From NCBI GenBank assembly GCA_049591615.1, contig JBAWFD010000135.1, forward strand, positions 29,858-93,857: a stretch of 64,000 bases of DNA, given 5' to 3'. The DNA is from Gammaproteobacteria bacterium (lineage in GTDB: Bacteria > Pseudomonadota > Gammaproteobacteria > Natronospirales > REEB76). Shown piece by piece: positions 55,930 to 64,000 of this stretch. The notes under the pieces were generated by a model that saw only the letters and a list, made by a program, of their open reading frames with translations, was not told the origin of the DNA and did not search any database. The translations under genes were made by a program, and so were the position numbers. Position 1 is the first letter of the stretch. The number at the start of each line of letters is the position of its first letter.

Positions 55930-58311
55930 TCAGAAATAGGTGCCAAGTGTGAATTGGAAGCGTTCGGTCTGGTCCCCCGGCTTGGGATTCAGCGGGAAAG
56001 CATAGCTGAATTTCATGGCCCCGAGCGGAGTCAGGAAAGTGGCTGCAACACCAGCGCCTACCCGCAGTTGACTCCAGCGGAAATCTCCTGGATCTGTGAA
56101 TGCATTGCCGGCATCAACAAACAACGCCCAGCGGCTGGAACCGGTATCCGAATCACTTTTTTTGCCGAACGTGGGCAGTACAAGTTCATTTTGCATGAAA
56201 ACCATGGCCCGTCCGCCGATCGGATAACCGACTGAATCTCTTGGACCGAGAGTGCCAATCTGCCAACCACGCACTGAATCCGGTCCGCCGTCGAAAAAAT
56301 TCTTGTAGGGTGGAAAGGTGTCGGTCTTGCCATAGGGCGCGCCATAATCTGCTTCACCGTTGATGCCATACAGAAATCCCTTGAACAAAGGGATGAATGC
56401 CAGTTGTTGGTATGTCCAAATGTAATACTCTTGGCTGAAGGCCGGCGTTGCTACCGTCAGGCTGATGGATTCTCGTGCCCCACTTTCAGGAAAAATGATC
56501 CGGTTGCGAGTATCGCGTACATAACTCACTGAGGCCTCGAGTGTATTGTATGTCAATGCCGGATATTCACAGACAAAATTAAACCCGCGTGAATCCGCAC
56601 AATAACCCAGAATTTGGGATACTGTGCCGTTGGCAGGATTAGATACGAATTGGATAAATTGTTGTGATGTACCCGCTTGCGATAATAATTCATTGTGAGA
56701 ATAGGTCGCGCCGATTCCCCATGCGCTGTATTCCGTCATGGGTATGTTGAAACTCATCTGTCCGCCAAAGGACTGGGTTGAAATTGGCGAACTATTGACA
56801 GTAAGTCTGGATGTTTGGACCTGAAAGAAACCCAGCGTGCGGCTCACGCCATTGATCGTCCAATAAGGATCGGTAAAACTGAAATTATAGGTATGCCCAA
56901 TCTGGCTTTTATTTGCCGCTATTGAGACGCGTTCACCAGTACCCAGAAAATTCGCGTTGGTTATGTTTCCGTCAAGAACCAATCCCGAAGAACTGCCGTA
57001 ACCGACACCCACACTCGCCGTGCCTGATGGCCGCTCTTTCATGGTGTAATCCACATCCACAAGGTCAACTGAACCCGGTACACGCACGGTTTTAACTGTT
57101 ACATCCTCCATCCATGGCAAACGATTTAGACGTGCGCGTGATCTCTCTACGTCAATAGTCGATAACCATGTGCCTTCATATTGACGCATCTCGCGACGGA
57201 ACACCGCATCATCCGTGCCTGGAGCTTCGTTGAAATTGACATGCCTCACATAGACACGTTGGCCAGGCTCTATATAGAAAGTGATGGATACCAATTTATT
57301 CTGGCGATCGATATCGGGTATTGGGTTTACTTGCGCAAAACCATATCCAATCATGCCGAGCCGTTTCTGGATTAAGTCAGCCGTTGTTGTAATTCGTTTG
57401 TAAGAAAATATCTCTCCTGGCTTGACCAGTACAAATTTTTCCAATTCTGACTTTGGAAGAATAAACTGCCCCGCCAGTTTCACATCCTTAATCTTATAAA
57501 TATCGCCTTCGGTTAAATTCACAGTGATATAGACGCTGTTGCGATCTGGGGAAATCGCGACTTGTGTGGAATCGATAGCGAAATCCGCATAACCACGGTC
57601 CATATAATAAGAACGCAGCGATTCCAGATCGCCGACGAGTTTCTCGCGGGAGTATTCATCTGAGCTTCCGAAGAACGTCCAGAAATCTGCCACCTTCAAC
57701 TTGAAGACATCACGCAGATCATCCTCTGAAAATGTATGATTACCGACGATGCTGATGGCACGAATCTTGGCAGTCACGCCCTCAGATATCTTTACAGATA
57801 CATTTACCCTGTTATCGCCTATGTCAGTCACAGTCGGTGTAATGATTACTGCATATTTACCGTGACTGTAATATTCATCCGTCAGTTGCTGAATGAAACC
57901 ATCAAGTGTTACCCGATTGAAAATTTGGCCTTGAGACAGACCTGCCTTGTTCAAATTCTTGTAGAGATCATCCGTTTTAATAAGTTTATTGCCTGAAACA
58001 ACGAATGTCGCGATGGATGGGCGCTCATGCACGATGATAATAAGCGTATTATTGTCTCGGCGCATTTCAACGTCACGGAAAAATCCGGTCTTATACAGCG
58101 CACGGATTGCATCTTGGATACGACCTTCAGTAAGGTTATCGCCAATATTGATGGGCAGATAGTCGTAGACCGTGCCTTCGGATATCCGCTGCAGGCCAAC
58201 GATCTCTATTTTCTTGACGATGAACGACTCATCCGCTCGGGCGATGGCAGAACTTAACACCAGGAACAGCAGTGAGGCCAGGATGATCCCGGTGCCTTTA
58301 ATAAAGCCCAA
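55930..58311 (-). CDS. bamA: outer membrane protein assembly factor BamA
   Basis: 793 aa with a signal peptide, POTRA repeats (IVKKIEIVGLQRISEGTVYDYL...), and a C-terminal beta-barrel ending FQFTLGTYF. Confidence 0.96.
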   Translation of the reverse strand: MGFIKGTGIILASLLFLVLSSAIARADESFIVKKIEIVGLQRISEGTVYDYLPINIGDNLTEGRIQDAIRALYKTGFFRDVEMRRDNNTLIIIVHERPSIATFVVSGNKLIKTDDLYKNLNKAGLSQGQIFNRVTLDGFIQQLTDEYYSHGKYAVIITPTVTDIGDNRVNVSVKISEGVTAKIRAISIVGNHTFSEDDLRDVFKLKVADFWTFFGSSDEYSREKLVGDLESLRSYYMDRGYADFAIDSTQVAISPDRNSVYITVNLTEGDIYKIKDVKLAGQFILPKSELEKFVLVKPGEIFSYKRITTTADLIQKRLGMIGYGFAQVNPIPDIDRQNKLVSITFYIEPGQRVYVRHVNFNEAPGTDDAVFRREMRQYEGTWLSTIDVERSRARLNRLPWMEDVTVKTVRVPGSVDLVDVDYTMKERPSGTASVGVGYGSSSGLVLDGNITNANFLGTGERVSIAANKSQIGHTYNFSFTDPYWTINGVSRTLGFFQVQTSRLTVNSSPISTQSFGGQMSFNIPMTEYSAWGIGATYSHNELLSQAGTSQQFIQFVSNPANGTVSQILGYCADSRGFNFVCEYPALTYNTLEASVSYVRDTRNRIIFPESGARESISLTVATPAFSQEYYIWTYQQLAFIPLFKGFLYGINGEADYGAPYGKTDTFPPYKNFFDGGPDSVRGWQIGTLGPRDSVGYPIGGRAMVFMQNELVLPTFGKKSDSDTGSSRWALFVDAGNAFTDPGDFRWSQLRVGAGVAATFLTPLGAMKFSYAFPLNPKPGDQTERFQFTLGTYF

Positions 58312-58323
58312 TTCTTATCCTCC

Positions 58324-59688
58324 TTACCCGAATATCCGCGTTAGATCGTTATAAATTGCAAAACTCATGAGTGCCAGCAACAATGCGATACCAAATCGCT
58401 GACCCAACATCTCAGCCTGGGCTGACAAGGGCGAGCCTTTGACTGCCTCGATTAGGTAATACAGTAAATGTCCGCCATCCAGCACCGGTATCGGCAGCAA
58501 ATTCAAAACACCAAGACTGATGCTCACGACGGCGAGAAAAGCCAGAAATGGCACCAAGCCATTCTCAGCCGTATAACCTGCGAACTGTGCAATAGCAATC
58601 GGGCCGCTAAGGTTACGCAACGACACATTGCCAATCACCATGTTCCAAGATGCATCCAGAGTCAGCCAGGTGAGACTGCCTGTGCGCACCAATGCATGTC
58701 CCAGAGCGGCTATGGGATTATACCGTTGTTCCACATCCAGACGCCGAAGGACACTTTCAGGATAATTAATTGCGACACCAATATACCCGATTAGCTTGCC
58801 GTCTTTGGTGCTTTGCACCCCAACTGGAAGCTGCAAACTAAAGCTGTGAATCCCACGCTGGACCACGATTTGCAGGGTCTTATTGGGTGCTGAGCGTAGA
58901 ATATCAATGAGCTGCTGTGGTCCAGTAATGGCCGTGTTCTCGACACTTAGAATGAGATCACCTGTTTTAAGACCAGCCCGCCTCGCGGTCCCATCCGGCA
59001 AGACCTCCCCAACTTCAGGTGCAGCCTTGGGCTGCCATTGACTGAAGCCCAAGCCTTCAAGCAGCCGCCCAGGTTTGGTCAGTGAGCGGCTGTCCGTGAT
59101 CTTCAAGCTCAACTGTTGTTCATCATGTTCGGGGGTGCGTACCAGAACGTGTATATTGCTTCCGTGTATAGCGCCTTCAAAAAGACGCACTAGGGCCGTA
59201 TTCCACGTGGGTGTGCTGTTGCCATTGACGGCAAGAATCTCGTCTTCTTTTATAAAACCCGCTCGTGCTGCAGCAGAACCCGATTGTACATCACCGATGA
59301 TTGGCCGGATTCCTGGAATACCAATCATGAAAATCACCCAGTAGGCCACTATCGCAAAGATAAAGTTGAATACCGGGCCAGCCAATACCGCCAGAAATCG
59401 CTTTGACACCGGTTGACGGTTAAAAGCCAGATGTCTCTCGGCCTTTGGTACTTCATCATCATGCTCATCAAGAGGTTTAACATAGCCTCCAAGCGGCAAC
59501 CAGCCAATTGCAAGTTCCGTAGAATCGGGATGGCGCTGCCAGCGCATGACGGGTTTACCAAAGAAGACTGAAAAACGCAGCACCTTTATTCCGAAATAGC
59601 GCATCACGATAAAATGGCCAAATTCATGCCAGATGATCAACATACAGATGGCCAGGATAAAGGCTGCAATGCTGATTAGAATATTCAT
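58324..59688 (-). CDS. rseP: sigma-E protease RseP (site-2 zinc metalloprotease)
   Basis: From ATG 59688: MNILISIAAFILAICMLIIWHEFGHFIV (HExxH), PDZ domains, and LNLLPIPVLDGGH. ATGA overlap with the dxr stop. Confidence 0.92.
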   Translation of the reverse strand: MNILISIAAFILAICMLIIWHEFGHFIVMRYFGIKVLRFSVFFGKPVMRWQRHPDSTELAIGWLPLGGYVKPLDEHDDEVPKAERHLAFNRQPVSKRFLAVLAGPVFNFIFAIVAYWVIFMIGIPGIRPIIGDVQSGSAAARAGFIKEDEILAVNGNSTPTWNTALVRLFEGAIHGSNIHVLVRTPEHDEQQLSLKITDSRSLTKPGRLLEGLGFSQWQPKAAPEVGEVLPDGTARRAGLKTGDLILSVENTAITGPQQLIDILRSAPNKTLQIVVQRGIHSFSLQLPVGVQSTKDGKLIGYIGVAINYPESVLRRLDVEQRYNPIAALGHALVRTGSLTWLTLDASWNMVIGNVSLRNLSGPIAIAQFAGYTAENGLVPFLAFLAVVSISLGVLNLLPIPVLDGGHLLYYLIEAVKGSPLSAQAEMLGQRFGIALLLALMSFAIYNDLTRIFG

Positions 59689-60851
59689 GCTGCCGCTCTG
59701 GTGGTCGCGGTTTTTGCAATCACACGCGCTCGCCAATCACAATCAAGCACAGCTTCGATGGAATCCGGATTATTCGATTCTGATTGTTCGAGCGTTTGTT
59801 GCACTACCATGGCGATGGAAGAGAAATGCAGTTGCCCATCTAAAAACGCTTGAACCGCAACTTCGTTGGCCGCATTCAGGGTGACTGGTGCGCTGCCACC
59901 TGCCTGCGCGGCCTGTTTGGCGAGCTGTAAACAGGGGAAAAGCTTCAAGTCTGGAGGTTCAAAGTCCAGGTGGCCTAGCGTACACAACTCCAAAGGCGCT
60001 ACGCCAGTCTCTATGCGCTCGGGCCAAGCCAGGCCGCACGCAATCGGTATACGCATATCGGGGTTGCTCAGTTGCGCCAGTACCGACCCATCTGTGTATT
60101 CCACCAATGAATGCACGATACTCTGTGGATGTACTAAAACTTCTATAAGGTCTGGTGGCATATCGAACAACCAGTGCGCTTCGATCACCTCTAATCCCTT
60201 GTTCATGAGCGTGGCAGAATCCACAGAAATCTTGCGGCCCATGTTCCATTTAGGATGCGCGCAAGCTTGGGCGGGAGTAGCCTTATGCAGCTTTTCCAGA
60301 GACCAACCGCGGAAAGGCCCACCAGAGGCAGTGAGCAGGAGGCGTCGTACGGCACGCCCTTGCTGCTGTGGCATACACTGAAAAATCGCATTGTGTTCAC
60401 TATCAATGGGAATGAGCTCCGTTCCGCATTTCCTGACAGCGTCCATGAAAATGGGTCCGGCCATCACCAGGGACTCCTTGTTGGCCAGCAACACCCGCTT
60501 GCCGCAACCCACAGCAGCGAGTGTGGGTAATAAACCCGCCGCACCCACGATAGCCGCCATGATGCAATCATTTTCCGGTAGCTTAACCACGTCTTCCAGG
60601 GCACGCTTGCCCGTGAGCACCCTGACATCGAGACCGGCCTGACTGATTCGTTCGCGTAATTGCTGTGCAGGCGCCTCTTCCACCATGACAGCGTACTGCG
60701 GAGTATGCTCGCAGCATTGACGGAATAAACCTTCCACATCCGAGTGTGCCGTGAGTGCAATCACACGAAAGCGATCATGATGATGACCCACCACATCGAG
60801 GGTGGATCTTCCAACACTGCCAGTGGCACCGAGGATGGTGAGGCCTTTCAT
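59685..60851 (-). CDS. dxr: 1-deoxy-D-xylulose 5-phosphate reductoisomerase
   Basis: From ATG 60851: MKGLTILGATGSVGRST, matching the E. coli start. ATGA overlap with the cdsA stop. The track start at 60860 is a GTG. Confidence 0.95.
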   Translation of the reverse strand: MKGLTILGATGSVGRSTLDVVGHHHDRFRVIALTAHSDVEGLFRQCCEHTPQYAVMVEEAPAQQLRERISQAGLDVRVLTGKRALEDVVKLPENDCIMAAIVGAAGLLPTLAAVGCGKRVLLANKESLVMAGPIFMDAVRKCGTELIPIDSEHNAIFQCMPQQQGRAVRRLLLTASGGPFRGWSLEKLHKATPAQACAHPKWNMGRKISVDSATLMNKGLEVIEAHWLFDMPPDLIEVLVHPQSIVHSLVEYTDGSVLAQLSNPDMRIPIACGLAWPERIETGVAPLELCTLGHLDFEPPDLKLFPCLQLAKQAAQAGGSAPVTLNAANEVAVQAFLDGQLHFSSIAMVVQQTLEQSESNNPDSIEAVLDCDWRARVIAKTATTRAAA

Positions 60852-61651
60852 CGCAACCACTCCCGAAACGCCAGCCCCAGCCAGAATGCCGGTAGTGCTG
60901 CCGTCAGGCTATCAATGCGATCCAGTACACCGCCATGGCCGGGAAACAACCTGCCGCTATCCTTCACGCCGGCCTGACGTTTGAACAGACTTTCCGAAAG
61001 ATCGCCTACTATCGACAGCCATCCCGTAAACAAACATATAAGGATAAGAAGATATCCCTTCACCGGTAGCACCATCCAGACACCCAAGAGCGATACGACG
61101 AGTACTGCGAGCGTACAGCCCGCGACGCCTTCCCAGGTTTTGCCAGGGCTTACCTCGGGTGCCAATTTATGCCGCCCGAATCCTTTGCCTGCGAAATAGG
61201 CGCCTATGTCCGCTGCCCAGATAAGCGCCAGCAGGAACAATAGTTTAACTACACCGTCCTGACTGGCACGCAGGGATACAAATGCTACCCAGGCTGGGAT
61301 CAGCGTAAGCATGCCGCAGAAAAATTTGATCGTGTGGTGAAACTCCCGCCGCCACCAAAATACCCAGAACAGCGCAAATAGCCACCAGGCTAGCGCTGTC
61401 AGTGCGACTATCCATAATATCAAGATATTCTGGCGCGACAGCCAGAGTAAATACAGCAATATGGCCACCAGCGCTGTATTCGAGAATTTCAATAATAAGG
61501 TGTTCTCACCACTGAGCACCGCCCACTCCCAGGCGCCTACCAAAATCATGCCCCCAGTAACCAGTGCGAGCAACCAGGTGGGTGCCAGCCATACCAGTAG
61601 AACAACCAGGGGCAATAGAGCCAGGGCAGTTATGACACGCTGTTTAAGCAT
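60848..61651 (-). CDS. cdsA: phosphatidate cytidylyltransferase
   Basis: 267 aa, multi-TM, with the signature SLFKRQAGVKDSGRLFPGHGGVLDRIDS. Confidence 0.93.
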   Translation of the reverse strand: MLKQRVITALALLPLVVLLVWLAPTWLLALVTGGMILVGAWEWAVLSGENTLLLKFSNTALVAILLYLLWLSRQNILILWIVALTALAWWLFALFWVFWWRREFHHTIKFFCGMLTLIPAWVAFVSLRASQDGVVKLLFLLALIWAADIGAYFAGKGFGRHKLAPEVSPGKTWEGVAGCTLAVLVVSLLGVWMVLPVKGYLLILICLFTGWLSIVGDLSESLFKRQAGVKDSGRLFPGHGGVLDRIDSLTAALPAFWLGLAFREWLR

Positions 61652-62392
61652 TTAGCCGCCGCTGCCGATTTGTTCTGCGGTGCGGCCAAAGCGGCGTTGA
61701 CGCGCGGCATACCAGTCAAGCGCAACCCGCAAGGCAGTCGCATCGAAATCCGGCCATAGGTCATCCGTAAAATACAATTCCGTGTAGGCAAGATTCCAAA
61801 GCAGAAAATTACTAATGCGTCGTTCACCGCCCGTACGGATGAATAAGTCTGGATCCGGCAATCCAGACAGTGCGAGCGCCTTGGAGAACCGATCTTCATC
61901 TATCTCTTCAGGTTGTAATTTTCCGGCGATTGCATCAATAATCACTTGCCGTACTGCTTGTAACATGTCCCAGCGCCCGCCATAGCTGGCTGCGATGTTC
62001 AAAATCAATCCAGTATTTAATTGTGTAAGCATTTCAGCTTGACGCATGCCATCCTGTAAATCTTGAGCGAATGCTGAACAATCACCCATAAAACGGATAC
62101 GAACTTGGTTCTTGTGTAATTCGGTCACTTCGCTCTCAAGCGCACCAATAAAAAGCTCAATTAGGTTACCAACCTCGGTTTTTGGTCGTTGCCAGTTTTC
62201 ACTACTGAACGCAAATAAGGTCAGAACAGCAATATCATTGTGTGCGCAGGCTTCGATGACACGCCTAGCAGCCTTGAGTCCAGCGCGATGGCCTGCTGGT
62301 CGCGGTAACAAGCGTTTCTTGGCCCAACGTCCGTTACCATCCATAATGATGGCGATGTGGCGCGGCAGGGTCGAAATTTCGGTCTTGACCAT
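61652..62392 (-). CDS. uppS: ditrans,polycis-undecaprenyl-diphosphate synthase
   Basis: From ATG 62392: MVKTEISTLPRHIAIIMDGNGRWAKKR, plus FSSENWQRP. The longer track ORF overlaps frr. Confidence 0.92.
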   Translation of the reverse strand: MVKTEISTLPRHIAIIMDGNGRWAKKRLLPRPAGHRAGLKAARRVIEACAHNDIAVLTLFAFSSENWQRPKTEVGNLIELFIGALESEVTELHKNQVRIRFMGDCSAFAQDLQDGMRQAEMLTQLNTGLILNIAASYGGRWDMLQAVRQVIIDAIAGKLQPEEIDEDRFSKALALSGLPDPDLFIRTGGERRISNFLLWNLAYTELYFTDDLWPDFDATALRVALDWYAARQRRFGRTAEQIGSGG

Positions 62393-62405
62393 GCGGTCAC
62401 ACTCC

Positions 62406-62963
62406 TTAGACTTCCAGGAGTTCCGCCTCCTTGATAGCGAGAATCTTGTCAAGTTCTGAAATATGACGATCAGTTATTTTCTGGACATCATCCTGTGCCC
62501 TGTGTTCCTGATCCTCGCTTATTTTTTTGTCTTTAAGAAGCATTTTGAGCTCCGTGATGAGATCACGGCGAACATTTCGCACCGCTACCCGCGCAGCTTC
62601 AGCTTCCTGACGTGCTAACTTTATAATCTCGCGGCGTCGCTCTTCTGTAAGTTGTGGCATCGGTACCCGAATGATGTTGCCTGCCGTGGCCGGCGTCAGC
62701 CCAAGATCCGAAGTCATGATGGCTTTCTCAATGACCGCCACCATGGTTTTTTCCCATGGCATGATAGTCAGGGTGCGCGCATCACCCACCGTTACGTTAG
62801 CCACTTGGCTGAGTGGTACTTCGGATCCATAATAGGACACACGCAGATGGTCCAAGAGACTGGCGTTGGCACGCCCGGTTCGCAACTTGGCTAGCCCTTC
62901 CTTTAGGGTATGCACGCTCTTTTGCATTCGCGCAGCGGCATTCTTCTTTATGTCATCAATCAT
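62406..62963 (-). CDS. frr: ribosome recycling factor
   Basis: 185 aa with [21 protein letters not shown] and [16 protein letters not shown]. Confidence 0.96.
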   Translation of the reverse strand: MIDDIKKNAAARMQKSVHTLKEGLAKLRTGRANASLLDHLRVSYYGSEVPLSQVANVTVGDARTLTIMPWEKTMVAVIEKAIMTSDLGLTPATAGNIIRVPMPQLTEERRREIIKLARQEAEAARVAVRNVRRDLITELKMLLKDKKISEDQEHRAQDDVQKITDRHISELDKILAIKEAELLEV

Positions 62964-63697
62964 GATCGACCTCCGTTATCCACCAACGTACCAACATCTT
63001 TCGCACCCATTACGATGCGCATGAGGTCGCCAGCGATGGTTAGATCAAATATTCTAAGAGGAATATTGTTGTCGCGACACAAAACAATGGCAGTGGCATC
63101 CATAATCATAAGCTTATCAGTGAGCAGGTGATCAAAAGTCAGATGTGCATAGCGCGACGCCTTAGGGTTCTGTTTTGGGTCCGCTGAATACACACCATCA
63201 ACCTTGGTGGCCTTGAGCAATAGCTCTGCACCGATTTCGATAGCACGCAGACTGGCGGCCGTATCAGTTGTGAAGAAGGGGTTGCCGGTCCCGGCCGCGA
63301 AGATACATATACGACCTTTCTCAAGGTGCCGGACAGCACGCCTGCGAATATAGTCTTCACACACTTCATTGACGCTTAGACCAGACATTACGCGCACATG
63401 AGCCCCCAGTCGTTCCAGGGCATCCTGCATGGCTAGCGCATTCATCAGGGTGGCGAGCATACCCATATGATCCGCGGTTACCCGATCCATACCGGCCCTG
63501 GCCAGACCCGCGCCCCGGAATATATTGCCGCCGCCCACGACCAAGCCCACTTGCACGCCCAAATCGTGTACGTCGCGCACTTCTTCTGCCAAGCGCTTGA
63601 TTACGGGCGGATCAACACCGTAATCGGCATCGCCCATAAGGGCTTCCCCGCTCATCTTGAGAAGTATCCGACGGTAAGCGGGTGTCTGGTTCGACAT
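62960..63697 (-). CDS. pyrH: UMP kinase
   Basis: 245 aa with [15 protein letters not shown] and VGGGNIFRG. Confidence 0.96.
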   Translation of the reverse strand: MSNQTPAYRRILLKMSGEALMGDADYGVDPPVIKRLAEEVRDVHDLGVQVGLVVGGGNIFRGAGLARAGMDRVTADHMGMLATLMNALAMQDALERLGAHVRVMSGLSVNEVCEDYIRRRAVRHLEKGRICIFAAGTGNPFFTTDTAASLRAIEIGAELLLKATKVDGVYSADPKQNPKASRYAHLTFDHLLTDKLMIMDATAIVLCRDNNIPLRIFDLTIAGDLMRIVMGAKDVGTLVDNGGRS

Positions 63698-63729
63698 GTG
63701 CCATCCGCTGAACGAGTAAGTGATATGCA

Positions 63730-63750
63730 GAGCCCCGCATAGCGGGGCTC
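63730..63750. other. GC-rich stem-loop in the tsf-pyrH intercistronic spacer
   Basis: GAGCCCCGC-ata-GCGGGGCTC is a perfect 9-bp stem. No U-run follows on either strand, so it is not a canonical terminator. Confidence 0.35.
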
Positions 63751-63818
63751 ATCAACATTGCGAATTGTACCGTAAAACGGGCGCGTGGCGCGGGCTATAA
63801 ATGCCAGAGTAGTGCGAT

Positions 63819-64000
63819 TCAGGCACCCCGAGCCTGAGCCATCACTTCGGCAACAAAATCTTCCTGCTTCTTTTCGATGCCCTCACCCACCTCGAAGCGG
63901 GCAAAACGCAGCACCTGGGCTCCGGCTTGAACCAGCAGTTTTCCCACAGTAATGTCAGGTTGCTTCACAAATGGCTGGCCCATAAGGGTCACTTCTGCAA
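63819..64000 (-). CDS. tsf: translation elongation factor Ts, C-terminal end only (rest outside the window)
   Basis: My minus-strand translation gives ..[59 protein letters not shown]. This is a typical EF-Ts C-terminus and fits the tsf-pyrH-frr order. Confidence 0.85.
   Translation of the reverse strand, partial: AEVTLMGQPFVKQPDITVGKLLVQAGAQVLRFARFEVGEGIEKKQEDFVAEVMAQARGA

Overview
This window is a gammaproteobacterial core-chromosome segment. About 65 genes are tightly packed, and nearly all lie on the minus strand. Gene order follows E. coli/Pseudomonas synteny blocks: rlmD-barA; lepA-lepB-rnc-era-recO-pdxJ-acpS; rpoE-rseA-rseB with divergent nadB; a succinate dehydrogenase operon with its assembly factors; recJ-prfB-lysS; rpoS-nlpD-pcm-surE; truD-ispF-ispD-ftsB-eno-kdsA-pyrG-tilS-accA-dnaE-rnhB-lpxB-lpxA-fabZ-lpxD-skp-bamA-rseP-dxr-cdsA-uppS-frr-pyrH-tsf. 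I saw no rRNA, tRNA or CRISPR array, and no multi-gene system that looks novel. The only clearly accessory DNA is a ~4.1-kb patch (22.0-26.1 kb). It holds a frameshifted XRE-family regulator, a large Cys-type arylsulfatase, ~0.8 kb of ORF-free DNA containing a GGA-rich stretch, and a ~117-bp relic of an IS30-family element abutting a core gene. The ORF track misses six things I could support: the edge-truncated rlmD and tsf, a 51-aa DUF1674/SDHAF4-like gene upstream of sdhC, a 59-aa DUF3096-like membrane peptide, the first exon of prfB (textbook +1 frameshift, GTG start) and the IS30 relic. I trimmed many track ORFs to internal start codons where ortholog N-termini and stop/start overlaps supported it. 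Other observations are a K-channel-like mini membrane protein with a degenerate selectivity filter, strong GC heterogeneity among syntenic core genes, and a few leader or terminator hairpins. All homology statements are by-eye motif recognition and were not checked by database search.
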